Under the pieces are notes generated by a model, which did not search any database, had not been told where the DNA came from, and saw only the letters and a list, made by a program, of their open reading frames with translations. A DNA stretch of 64,000 nt. It comes from Candidatus Avelusimicrobium pullicaecorum. GTDB taxonomy: Bacteria; Elusimicrobiota; Elusimicrobia; Elusimicrobiales; Elusimicrobiaceae. The stretch is taken from positions 16,015-80,014 of the forward strand of contig CALUQD010000001.1 of assembly GCA_944322825.1 (NCBI GenBank), given 5' to 3'. The position numbers were made by a program, and so were the translations under genes. Below are positions 21,361 through 30,450 of the stretch, in pieces; position 1 is the stretch's first letter, and each line of letters begins with the position of its first letter.

Positions 21361-21396
21361 TCTTTCATTATATCAAACAATGTTAAAATAGTAAGT

Positions 21397-22323
21397 ATGA
21401 AAAAATCCAATATCAAAAAATTTACTCGCATTTTAGCCCTTTTGTATCAATTGGAAACAGGCCGCGTGAACCTGCGTTTTCAAGCCAAAGAACTGGGGTT
21501 TAGCCAACGCACCTTGGAACGGGATATGCAAGAAATAGAAGCCGCCGGGTTCCCTTTGGTAGAGGTTTCCCCGGGGTGTTACCGTTTTTTGGAAGGTTTT
21601 TCTCTTCGGAAATTGCCCCTTTCCATGCGGGATAATGCCTTATTGCAGCTGATGGGGCAGTTGGCCGAAAGTTTAGGGCCCCAATGGAGCGAAAGTTTCC
21701 GCCGGCTGCGTGCCCGTACGGCCCGCCCGGAAGGAAAAGATGTCTATTTTATTAAAATCCCTCGTATGCGTCCGCGGACCATATCCCCCCGCATATTGGA
21801 ACCGTTGGAACAGGCTATTTTGAGCTCTACGTACATTGACATTTATTATCAAGCTCCGGAGCGTAAGGTAAGCTGCCGCCGGCTGCGGCCGTTGAAAATA
21901 GCGCTGTTTGACGGTTTTTGGTATTTAATCACACTAAATACCGTCAATACCTATATGAAATTTTCGTTAGATAAAATACTGAAAGTGACGTTGGCAAAAG
22001 AACATTTTAAACCGGTAATGATTGAGAAAAAATTAGCGGAAAGCCCTAATATCTGGTTTGACCAAGAAGCACATTTGAAGGTTAAATTAAAAATTGGTTT
22101 ACCGGCCGCCCGCTATTTTCAAGATGTGGAATTTCTGCCCGGGCAGAAAATAGAAAAGGTCTTTCCGGATGCCAGCTTGCTTGTATCGTGCCAAACAGCC
22201 AATTATATGCAGCTTTTGCCCACCATCAAACGGTGGTTACCCCATATAGAAGTATTAGCCCCGAAAGAGTTAACTAAACAACTAAAAGAGGAATTAAAAG
22301 CTTATTTGAACAAATTGCTTTAA
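21397..22323 (+). CDS. HTH-WYL-WCX transcriptional regulator (PafC/DriD class)
   Basis: N-terminal wHTH (AKELGFSQRTLERDM), FDGFWYLI, C-terminal WLPHIEVLAP. Confidence 0.92.
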   Translation: MKKSNIKKFTRILALLYQLETGRVNLRFQAKELGFSQRTLERDMQEIEAAGFPLVEVSPGCYRFLEGFSLRKLPLSMRDNALLQLMGQLAESLGPQWSESFRRLRARTARPEGKDVYFIKIPRMRPRTISPRILEPLEQAILSSTYIDIYYQAPERKVSCRRLRPLKIALFDGFWYLITLNTVNTYMKFSLDKILKVTLAKEHFKPVMIEKKLAESPNIWFDQEAHLKVKLKIGLPAARYFQDVEFLPGQKIEKVFPDASLLVSCQTANYMQLLPTIKRWLPHIEVLAPKELTKQLKEELKAYLNKLL

Positions 22324-22403
22324 AATAATGTTCATCTTCAATCAACGGAGATTCTCGCAAAGCCGATAGGAAAAAATTAGAGCAAGAGATTGTTTCTGTT
22401 CAT

Positions 22404-25400
22404 TTACCCCACTAAATCATCCGTTACCGCTTCGGCCTGTTCCAGCACGCGGTCTATGGCGGCTTGTTGTTGGTCGGGCGGGTAGTTGTATTTGCGCAAA
22501 ATGCGCTTTACCTGCAGCATAATGCCGGCTTTTACGCTTTCGCGCTTGCTCCAGTCCACTTTTACGGAACGGCGCAAGTAATCCGTCAGTTCCTGGGCGA
22601 TTTTCTTTAACACCTCATCGCCCAGTTCCCGCACGGAGGCCTCGTTTTCTTCCAGCGCGTTATAGAAAGCCAATTCTTTTTCGCTTAAACCCAGTTTTTC
22701 GCCTTGCCTCACGGCCTGATTGGTCTCTTTGGCTAAATTAAGCAGTTCGTCTATTACCTGCCACGCCTCTATGGAGCCGTTGTTGTATTTATTTACCGTT
22801 TCCTTTAGCTTGGCGGAAAATTTCTTTTGCAGTGGGATATTTAAGCGGAATTTGCTGTGTATTTCCCCCTCTATCAGCCGCCGAAGCAGTTCTGCCGCCA
22901 GGTCTTTTTGCTTCATGGCGTGAATTTTGTCTAAAAACCGCTCGTCTACCAGGGATAAATCCGGCCGCTCCATACCTGCTTGGGCAAAGATATCAATGGG
23001 TTTATCCGTGGCCACGCTTTGCGCTACTAACGTGCCAATGATTTTCCCCAGTTCTTTTTGATTGGGCTTATTGGGGCTGCCGGGCTTTTTGTTCATAGCG
23101 CTGCGGATGAGCGAGAAAAACGCCAGTTCTTCATTTACTTTGGCCGCTTCCGGCAGGCTGGCACACAGCCCATAGGCCTTTTGGGCGCTTAATACGTTAT
23201 CCGAAAAATCCTTCTGGGCCGTTTCTTTGTTTTTGGCATGGGCCAAGATATGGTTCCAGGCATCGGGCAAGAGGTCAAAGGACTTGGTCTTAAACTGGCT
23301 ATAATCAAACCCGCGCAAAAAGCCGCGGCATACGTCCATATACGCAAGCAGCTGTTCATACGCGCGGTGAATATCCGCCGCCACATCCCCCCGCCCGCCG
23401 CCGCGGGTATAGTTGCGCACGGCACTTTCCAAACTGCGCGCCATGCCGATATAATCCACCACCAGTCCGGCCGTTTTGCCTTTGAACACGCGGTTTACGC
23501 GGCTGATGGCCTGTATTAAATTGTGGGAGTGTATGGGCTTGTCTATATACATGGTATGCAGGCAAGGCACGTCAAAGCCCGTCAGCCACATATCGCACAC
23601 GATGACCAATTTCAGCGGGTCTTCCGGGTCTTTCATACGGTTTTCAATTTCTTTTTTTACTTGGTCATTGTATAAATGAGGCTGAAAGTTCTGCGGGTCG
23701 GCGGCGGAGCCGGTCATAATCACTTTAATAACGCCTTTATGCGGGTCCGTGCTGTGCCACTGCGGGCGGATTTTGACGATTTCGTCATACAGCCGAACGG
23801 CAATATCGCGGCTCATACACACAATCATTCCCTTCCCGTCCACCGATTGCAGGCGTTTTTCAAAATGTTGGACGATATCGGCCGCCAACACCTTTAACCG
23901 CTCGGGCAGGCCGGCCAGTTTTTCCACCGTTACCCACTGCATTTTTGCTTTTTCCAAGTCTGTCATATCGGCAGACAGGCGGGCCACTTCCTCATCCAAA
24001 TGCTTTAAAAGTGCTTCGCGGGTGTTTAGCTGGATGTGCCGCGCCTCGTAATAAATGGGCACGGTGGCGCCGTCCCGTATGGCGTCCTGCATATCGTACA
24101 CGTCAATATAGGGGCCGAAAACGGCCTGTGTGTCCCGGTCCTCCTGGGAAACGGGCGTTCCCGTAAACCCCACAAAGCAGGCATTGGGCAGGGCGTCGCG
24201 CAGGTATTTGGCGTAGCCGTATTTTAATTGTCCGTTGCGGAAGGTAGCCTCAAAGCCGTATTGGGTGCGGTGGGCTTCGTCGGAAATGACCACAATGTTT
24301 TTGCGTGTGGAAAGCACCGGGAACCTATCTTCCCCCCGCTGAGGCAGAAATTTTTGCATCGTGGTAAAAATCACTCCGCCGCTGGGGCGGTTTTTAAGCA
24401 AGGTTTGCAGTTCTTCGCGCGAGTTGGCCGCCTGGGGCGAAAGTTCCGCCGCCGTGCGGGAGAACGTGCCGAACAGCTGGGTGTCCAGGTCGTTGCGGTC
24501 GGTGATGAGCACGAGGGTGGGGTTGTGCATTTCGGGCGTTTGCATAATTTTATGCGCCACACACACCATAGATAAACTCTTGCCCGAGCCCGTGGTATGC
24601 CACACCACCCCGCCTTTGCCGCTGCCCGTTTGCAGGGCGTGGAGCACGCTTTGCACGGTTTTGCGCCCGGCATGGAACTGGTGATAGCCCGCTATTTTTT
24701 TAATGGTTTTATTGGTCAGTTTTTCAAATACCACAAAATAGCGCAGGTAATCCAACAAGAGGGGTTTGTCAAAGAATCCTTTTATAAGCACTTCGGCTTC
24801 CGGCTCGGTGGGGTTGTCTCGCTTTTCACCGTGGATGGTGCGCCAGGGCATATAGCGGCTTAAATCCGCCGTAAAGGAGCCCACACGCGCCACAATCCCG
24901 TCCGACAGTACACACGCCAGGTTGTAATCAAACAAGGCGGGAATGTCCGTTTTGTAGGTTTGAATTTGGTTGTAGGCGGCTTCAATGTCTGTGCGTTCGT
25001 TGGCGGGGTTTTTTAGTTCCAATACCGCCAAAGGCAACCCGTTGATAAACACCACGATATCGGGCCGGCGGCGGTTTATCGGGCCCTTTATGGAAAATTG
25101 GTTAACGGCCAGAAATTCGTTATTATCCGGCTGGTTAAAGTCTATGATTTGCACCAGGGAGGCCGTATCCTGCCCGTCCGGGGTGCGGTGGGGTATGGAA
25201 ATGCCGTTTGTTAAATAGTGGTGGAGTGTTTCGTTGCGGGTGATGAGGGACGGCTCCTGCAAGGAGGTTAAACGTTCGTAGGCGTCCTCCAGCACGCTTT
25301 CGGGCAGAGTGGGGTTCAGGCGGCGCAGGGCGGAGCGGATGTTGCCGGGCAGGAAGGGCTGGCGTTCGTCCGTGCGCAAGGGATTGTCCGCCCCCGGCAG

Positions 25401-25493
25401 CATATCGGGCCCCAAGGCCGTTTGATAGCCTATAGAGCGGAAATACTCCATACAATACTTTTCTAAAACCGATTCGTTAATTATGCTTGGCAT
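22404..25493 (-). CDS. hsdR: type I restriction endonuclease subunit R
   Basis: RPDIVVFINGLPLAVLELKN, WHTTGSGKS, DEAHR, FTGTP, MWLTGFD. Confidence 0.96.
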   Translation of the reverse strand: MPSIINESVLEKYCMEYFRSIGYQTALGPDMLPGADNPLRTDERQPFLPGNIRSALRRLNPTLPESVLEDAYERLTSLQEPSLITRNETLHHYLTNGISIPHRTPDGQDTASLVQIIDFNQPDNNEFLAVNQFSIKGPINRRRPDIVVFINGLPLAVLELKNPANERTDIEAAYNQIQTYKTDIPALFDYNLACVLSDGIVARVGSFTADLSRYMPWRTIHGEKRDNPTEPEAEVLIKGFFDKPLLLDYLRYFVVFEKLTNKTIKKIAGYHQFHAGRKTVQSVLHALQTGSGKGGVVWHTTGSGKSLSMVCVAHKIMQTPEMHNPTLVLITDRNDLDTQLFGTFSRTAAELSPQAANSREELQTLLKNRPSGGVIFTTMQKFLPQRGEDRFPVLSTRKNIVVISDEAHRTQYGFEATFRNGQLKYGYAKYLRDALPNACFVGFTGTPVSQEDRDTQAVFGPYIDVYDMQDAIRDGATVPIYYEARHIQLNTREALLKHLDEEVARLSADMTDLEKAKMQWVTVEKLAGLPERLKVLAADIVQHFEKRLQSVDGKGMIVCMSRDIAVRLYDEIVKIRPQWHSTDPHKGVIKVIMTGSAADPQNFQPHLYNDQVKKEIENRMKDPEDPLKLVIVCDMWLTGFDVPCLHTMYIDKPIHSHNLIQAISRVNRVFKGKTAGLVVDYIGMARSLESAVRNYTRGGGRGDVAADIHRAYEQLLAYMDVCRGFLRGFDYSQFKTKSFDLLPDAWNHILAHAKNKETAQKDFSDNVLSAQKAYGLCASLPEAAKVNEELAFFSLIRSAMNKKPGSPNKPNQKELGKIIGTLVAQSVATDKPIDIFAQAGMERPDLSLVDERFLDKIHAMKQKDLAAELLRRLIEGEIHSKFRLNIPLQKKFSAKLKETVNKYNNGSIEAWQVIDELLNLAKETNQAVRQGEKLGLSEKELAFYNALEENEASVRELGDEVLKKIAQELTDYLRRSVKVDWSKRESVKAGIMLQVKRILRKYNYPPDQQQAAIDRVLEQAEAVTDDLVG

Positions 25494-26496
25494 ATTTTTC
25501 CTCTAACATGCTTTTTACTCTATTATAGGCCTGTTGGTTATATATGTGTGTGCAGTATCTTGGTTTCCCCGTTCGTTCAAATTCACGTTTCCATTTCGGA
25601 CTTGAAAAATTATAATAGTGATATTTTTTGTTTCCTTTTAATTCCGAAAGAGATTTTTGTATATCTGATGTTCTAATACTAGGGAAAACTCCTTTTAATT
25701 TGGTTATAATTTGTTGTGAAGTAAGAGGATATTGGTCTAGTACGTTACGTTCTTGAATTAAAATTGTTTCTGCTTTTGCGGATAAAGATTCAATGTCCTT
25801 TTGTTCACCTTTTACAATTTCTACAACAGAATCAGCCTGCCCTTCTCTATTAACAGTTTTTGGTAACAAATAGACCCCATATGAATATTCTTGGCTGTTT
25901 TTTATCTCAGGAGGCAATTCTTTTTCAAAATTAGAAATAAATTTACCAATATTAGTAGTTTTAAAATTTTTTTCCTTTTTCATGATATTTATTTGCTCAT
26001 CATTGAAACGAGCAAATTGAATTGCTAATCCAAAATCTTTTTCTAATGCGAATTTAGATTTTGACATTAATTTTAAGAAAGCAGAAAAATTATAACAACA
26101 AGCAAATAATTTGGCTGAGATGTAATCGTCGATTCTTTCGGTTTTACAGTGCTCAATTTCATGCCTAATTTGCAATAAAAATTGAATATTAGTAATGACT
26201 GCTGGAGACAGGGGACATTCATCTTGCTTTAAACAATGTTCTAAATCCCAATATTTATTTATGTATTTCTTCCTTTTTCCTCTTTTTTCATAATATTGAT
26301 AACAAATGCCCTGCTGATGATAATATGCATGTAATATATAGGTCCACGCAATCATCATTAAGACAATAAAACTTTCTGTTTTAAATTTGATTAAAGGACT
26401 GTTAAATATTTGGGTAGCAGCTAACGCTACTTCATAAGATTTTTCAATAAGATCATTTTTAATGGAAAATATTTTTCGATTTCGTTTTAGTTCCAT
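25477..26496 (-). CDS. DUF3644-like / HEPN-like protein inside the hsd operon
   Basis: KS.E.ALAA.QIFN.P...FKTESFIVLM.IAWTY.LHAYY pattern; IRHEIEH (RxxxxH); very AT-rich. Confidence 0.72.
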   Translation of the reverse strand: MELKRNRKIFSIKNDLIEKSYEVALAATQIFNSPLIKFKTESFIVLMMIAWTYILHAYYHQQGICYQYYEKRGKRKKYINKYWDLEHCLKQDECPLSPAVITNIQFLLQIRHEIEHCKTERIDDYISAKLFACCYNFSAFLKLMSKSKFALEKDFGLAIQFARFNDEQINIMKKEKNFKTTNIGKFISNFEKELPPEIKNSQEYSYGVYLLPKTVNREGQADSVVEIVKGEQKDIESLSAKAETILIQERNVLDQYPLTSQQIITKLKGVFPSIRTSDIQKSLSELKGNKKYHYYNFSSPKWKREFERTGKPRYCTHIYNQQAYNRVKSMLEEKYAKHN

Positions 26497-26500
26497 ATCT

Positions 26501-27814
26501 TTACACTCGTATTTTGCCGGAGATGAGGCGCGGCAAAAGTCCGTCCCGCATTTCCGTTAATGTTTGAATTTGATCTAAGTTAGTTAATAATTTAGGAAAA
26601 ATATTTTTTAGATTATCATTAAAGTTATCAACAATTTTCTGATCATATACTATTTGTAAGTGATCAATTGCTTTTCCTGCGTGTTTTATAGTTGTTTCAG
26701 AACCAGCATATTGTTCCAACATATGTTTGAAATAGGATGAACGCAAGAAACATAAAATGTATGTTTTTGACAAAGAGTCATTTTTTGTAATAATTTTTCG
26801 AATTCCACTAGAAAAGCCACCATAGGCACCAATAAATACTCGTCCCAAAGTAGCATCTAAACTTACCAGAATATCATCATTATCAAAAATCTTGTTTTTT
26901 AGTAATTCTGGGGAGACAAAAGTTTGGGATTTGTTACCATATGAAGATATGTCTTGTACTCGGTAGAAAGGAAGATTTATTCCTTTAGCAAATTGATGAG
27001 TATAATTTTTAGATCCAGGTTCAATACCTTTTTCAAAATTGACAAACTCAGTAATTTTTTTTACCTGCCAGCCGGTGGGGATGGGGCCCAGGGCGGAGGG
27101 CTCAAAGCTGGACGGGAACAAATTATACAGTTCTTCCGTTAAGTGGTACTGCTGCATAACGGCGGCTTTGGGCTGGCCCTGCTGTTTGGCGTGTACAACG
27201 TCAAAATCCACAAACCAGCTTTTAAACAAGGCCTTGGCCATATTTTCCAGCGTGGTATTTTGTTTTTGCAGCAGTTCTATTTTATCGTCAAACGCCCCCA
27301 GCACCCCCGCAATCCTTTTCTGCTCCTCAATCGGCGGTAAGTAAATTTCTAAGTTCAAAAAATCTTTAATTGGAAGTTGCGGTTGCGCAGAGCCGGTGCT
27401 GAGGCCAGCAATTTGTTTTCGCACAAATGAAGAAGCTAATTGGAGAAATAAAAACTTTGTATCAATAAGATTATCTTTATTTCGTAAAATAACCATGCCT
27501 GAATTAATCCGTACGTTTTTATAGAGAATATTATCTTTAAACCACGCTAAATGCCCCAGAGTTCCCCTGGTCGTGAAAACAATATCATTATTTTGTAATT
27601 TTCCTTTACGCAAAGCTGAATCTTTTTCCTGACTTATAAATTGCGTTGAAGAAAAATCAAAAACGGAACCCGGTAAGTTTTTTGTATTTAAAAAAAGACA
27701 AAATCCATGAGGCAATAATTCATTATTTTTTGGATAATGTTTGCCTCTGTCTCCATCGATTATTTCAATAGAGGTGTCCCTTATTTTACATTTTTTCCAA
27801 TTACTTTTTTGCAT
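26501..27814 (-). CDS. hsdS: type I R-M specificity subunit
   Basis: Two TRDs; PPIEEQKRIA..L.AFDDKIEL, LFKSWFVDF, RDGLLPRLISG. Confidence 0.94.
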   Translation of the reverse strand: MQKSNWKKCKIRDTSIEIIDGDRGKHYPKNNELLPHGFCLFLNTKNLPGSVFDFSSTQFISQEKDSALRKGKLQNNDIVFTTRGTLGHLAWFKDNILYKNVRINSGMVILRNKDNLIDTKFLFLQLASSFVRKQIAGLSTGSAQPQLPIKDFLNLEIYLPPIEEQKRIAGVLGAFDDKIELLQKQNTTLENMAKALFKSWFVDFDVVHAKQQGQPKAAVMQQYHLTEELYNLFPSSFEPSALGPIPTGWQVKKITEFVNFEKGIEPGSKNYTHQFAKGINLPFYRVQDISSYGNKSQTFVSPELLKNKIFDNDDILVSLDATLGRVFIGAYGGFSSGIRKIITKNDSLSKTYILCFLRSSYFKHMLEQYAGSETTIKHAGKAIDHLQIVYDQKIVDNFNDNLKNIFPKLLTNLDQIQTLTEMRDGLLPRLISGKIRV

Positions 27815-27816
27815 TT

Positions 27817-28419
27817 TTACACTATATCACTCTTTTTAATGTTGGCTAGCATTGACCTTTGTATATCTTCCCAAGTTGTAAGTATCTTTGCGGATAAAGA
27901 ACCCATATTTGTTATAATTTCAACTTCTTTTTCCTGGTTGGATTTATTATTACAAATTGTAAGTCTACTATCATTTGTCTTTAGCTCTTTTTGTAGTTGA
28001 TACATTTCTTGGTAATTGTTAGCTAATTTGTCACATTTATCAGATATTTCTGGGTCAAAGATAATAGAGAGTTGCTGGCTCAATGTTTTTAGCTGAGAAT
28101 AGAATGTATTATAATTCTTTATTCCATCGGCTAAAAAATCTTGTTTCTGTGTATAGGATTGCTTCGCCAGGACTTTTAATTCTTCGTACAAAGCCCATCG
28201 TTTATTAAACAAATCTAAATTATGTTGTTTTTTCATAATAGTCGTTTGTTGTTTTGCTATCCATAGCGTAATTAGGCCAAGAATCACAGTTGCGATAAGC
28301 TCGCAGTAATCCAGGGAAGGAGATAGATTATTGGCAATATAAGACAGTAATTTATTTTGTTCTTCCATGAGTTGTTGTAAAGCAGTTGTATCAATATAGT
28401 GATATAACATTGGAAACAT
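27817..28419 (-). CDS. hypothetical single-TM protein inserted between hsdM and hsdS
   Basis: TM helix LIATVILGLITLWIA followed by a helical domain; AT-rich; tightly packed in the operon. Confidence 0.7.
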   Translation of the reverse strand: MFPMLYHYIDTTALQQLMEEQNKLLSYIANNLSPSLDYCELIATVILGLITLWIAKQQTTIMKKQHNLDLFNKRWALYEELKVLAKQSYTQKQDFLADGIKNYNTFYSQLKTLSQQLSIIFDPEISDKCDKLANNYQEMYQLQKELKTNDSRLTICNNKSNQEKEVEIITNMGSLSAKILTTWEDIQRSMLANIKKSDIV

Positions 28420-28420
28420 T

Positions 28421-29941
28421 TTATTTTCTCAATTTTGCCAAATTCTCTTTTATTTTCGCGTCCAGTTTCGCGCTTTCTGCCATTTGTGCGGTCAGCTCCG
28501 CCGTCAGGCGCGCCATTTTGGCGGCAAAGGCTTCGTCGTCCTCTTCCTGTTCGGCCACGCCCACATAGCGGCCGGGGGTGAGGACGTAGTCGTTCTGTTT
28601 TATTTCTTCCAGCGTGGCGGATTTGCAAAAGCCCTTTACGTCCGCATAGGTTTTATCTTTGGGGGCAAATTCGTCCGCGCGCCAGGCGTGGTAAGTATCC
28701 GCTATTTGGGCGATGTCCGCGTCCGCAAATTCCCGGCGGGTACGGTCCGCCATAAAGCCCAGTCCGCGCGCGTCTATAAACAGCACTTCCCCTTTGCGCT
28801 TTTTCTGCTTGCGCAAAAACCACAGACACACGGGAATTTGCGTGTTAAAAAATAACTGCCCCGGCAAGGCCACCATACATTCCACCAGGTCCGCCTCCAG
28901 CAGGCGCTGGCGGATTTCCCCCTCGCCGCCGGTGTTGGAACTCATGGACCCGTTCGCCAGTACGGTGCCCATTACGCCCGTGGGGGCCAGATGGTACAGC
29001 ATGTGCTGTATCCAGGCGTAGTTGGCGTTGCCGGCGGGCGGAATGCCGTACTGCCAGCGGGGGTCTTTTTCCAGCTTTTCGCCCCCCCATTCCGACACGT
29101 TAAACGGCGGGTTTGCCAAAATGTAATCCGCGCGCAGGTTGGGGTGTTGGTCATCGTGAAAGGTGTCCGCCGGTTCGGCCCCCAGGTTGAACTCTATGCC
29201 GCGTATGGCCAAGTTCATGGCTGCCAAACGCCAGGTGGTGGGGTTGCTTTCCTGCCCGTAAATGGACAGGTTGCCCGTGCCTTGGTGGAGTTTTACAAAG
29301 CGTTCGCTCTGCACGAACATCCCGCCCGAGCCGCAGCAGGGGTCGTACACTTTGTGGTTTTCCGTAGGGGCCATGATGGCTACCATCGTTTTTACCACCG
29401 AGGCCGCCGTGTAGAACTGCCCGCCGCGCTTGCCTTCCGCGTCGGCAAACCTGCCCAAAAAGTATTCGTACACTTCGCCCAGGGCGTCGGGCGCGGTGTG
29501 GCCGCTTTCAAAACCAATGGTGGAAATGGTGTTAATCAAATCCGCCAGGCGGCCGGGCGGCAGGGATAGGCGCGCGTAGTTTTTGTTCAGAATGTTTTTT
29601 AGTTTGGGGTTTTCGTCCTCGATAGCCAGCATGGCTTCGTCTATTAATTTGCCGATGTTGGGCTGGGGGGCGTTGTCGCGCAGGAATTCCCAGCGGGCCT
29701 GCGGCGGCACCCAAAAAACATGGTGCTCGGTGCAATAGTCCCGCATGTCCCCCTCTATATACTGCGGGTTTTGCACATAGTATTCGTCCTGCTTCATTTG
29801 GGTTTGCAGAGCGGAGAAAGAATCGGAAATATATTTCAAAAAAATGAGCCCCAGTACGACGTATTTATATTCGGATGGGTCCATATTGGAGCGGAGTTGG
29901 TCGGCAGTTTTCCAAAGTTTTTGTTTGGTGGCGTTATCCAT
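28421..29941 (-). CDS. hsdM: type I R-M N6-adenine methyltransferase
   Basis: [17 protein letters not shown] motifs. Confidence 0.96.
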   Translation of the reverse strand: MDNATKQKLWKTADQLRSNMDPSEYKYVVLGLIFLKYISDSFSALQTQMKQDEYYVQNPQYIEGDMRDYCTEHHVFWVPPQARWEFLRDNAPQPNIGKLIDEAMLAIEDENPKLKNILNKNYARLSLPPGRLADLINTISTIGFESGHTAPDALGEVYEYFLGRFADAEGKRGGQFYTAASVVKTMVAIMAPTENHKVYDPCCGSGGMFVQSERFVKLHQGTGNLSIYGQESNPTTWRLAAMNLAIRGIEFNLGAEPADTFHDDQHPNLRADYILANPPFNVSEWGGEKLEKDPRWQYGIPPAGNANYAWIQHMLYHLAPTGVMGTVLANGSMSSNTGGEGEIRQRLLEADLVECMVALPGQLFFNTQIPVCLWFLRKQKKRKGEVLFIDARGLGFMADRTRREFADADIAQIADTYHAWRADEFAPKDKTYADVKGFCKSATLEEIKQNDYVLTPGRYVGVAEQEEDDEAFAAKMARLTAELTAQMAESAKLDAKIKENLAKLRK

Positions 29942-30066
29942 AATAAAAAAATCCTAATTTAAAAGGTATATATTTACTATACAAAATGAAAAGTAAAAAT
30001 AAAAATACCGTCGGAAAAACTTGACTTTCCCCCTTAAGTAAGCGCCAATGTATACGAGGAGGGCTT

Positions 30067-30450
30067 ATGGAAACATTAAAACGGTTAAACCGCAGGCAAC
30101 TGGCTGAAAAGTGGACGGCCTGTATAGGAGAAACCAGGCCGCAGGTGCGGAAAAATTTATTAATTAAATTTATCTATTTTTACCAACAAGCCCAAAAAGA
30201 ACGGCTTTCCGTGCCAAAACTGGTGAGGGAACTAGCAAAAACTGCCGCTAAGCCCACGGGGAAACCTGCCTTGCCATGCGGCAGCAAACTGGTGCGTTCG
30301 TATAAGGGCATTTTGTATGAAGTAGAAAGCCGTGAAGAAGGCTATTTATACCAGGGGCGTCTCTATAAAACCCTTTCGGGCGTAGCAAAAGCAATCACGG
30401 GCAAACATTGGAACGGAAAGGTATTCTTTGGAGTAAACAATGCAAAATAA
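30067..30450 (+). CDS. DUF2924 domain protein
   Basis: GSKLVRSYKG..YEV, YKTLSGVAKAITGKHWNG..FFG; directly upstream of the recombinase. Confidence 0.85.
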   Translation: METLKRLNRRQLAEKWTACIGETRPQVRKNLLIKFIYFYQQAQKERLSVPKLVRELAKTAAKPTGKPALPCGSKLVRSYKGILYEVESREEGYLYQGRLYKTLSGVAKAITGKHWNGKVFFGVNNAK

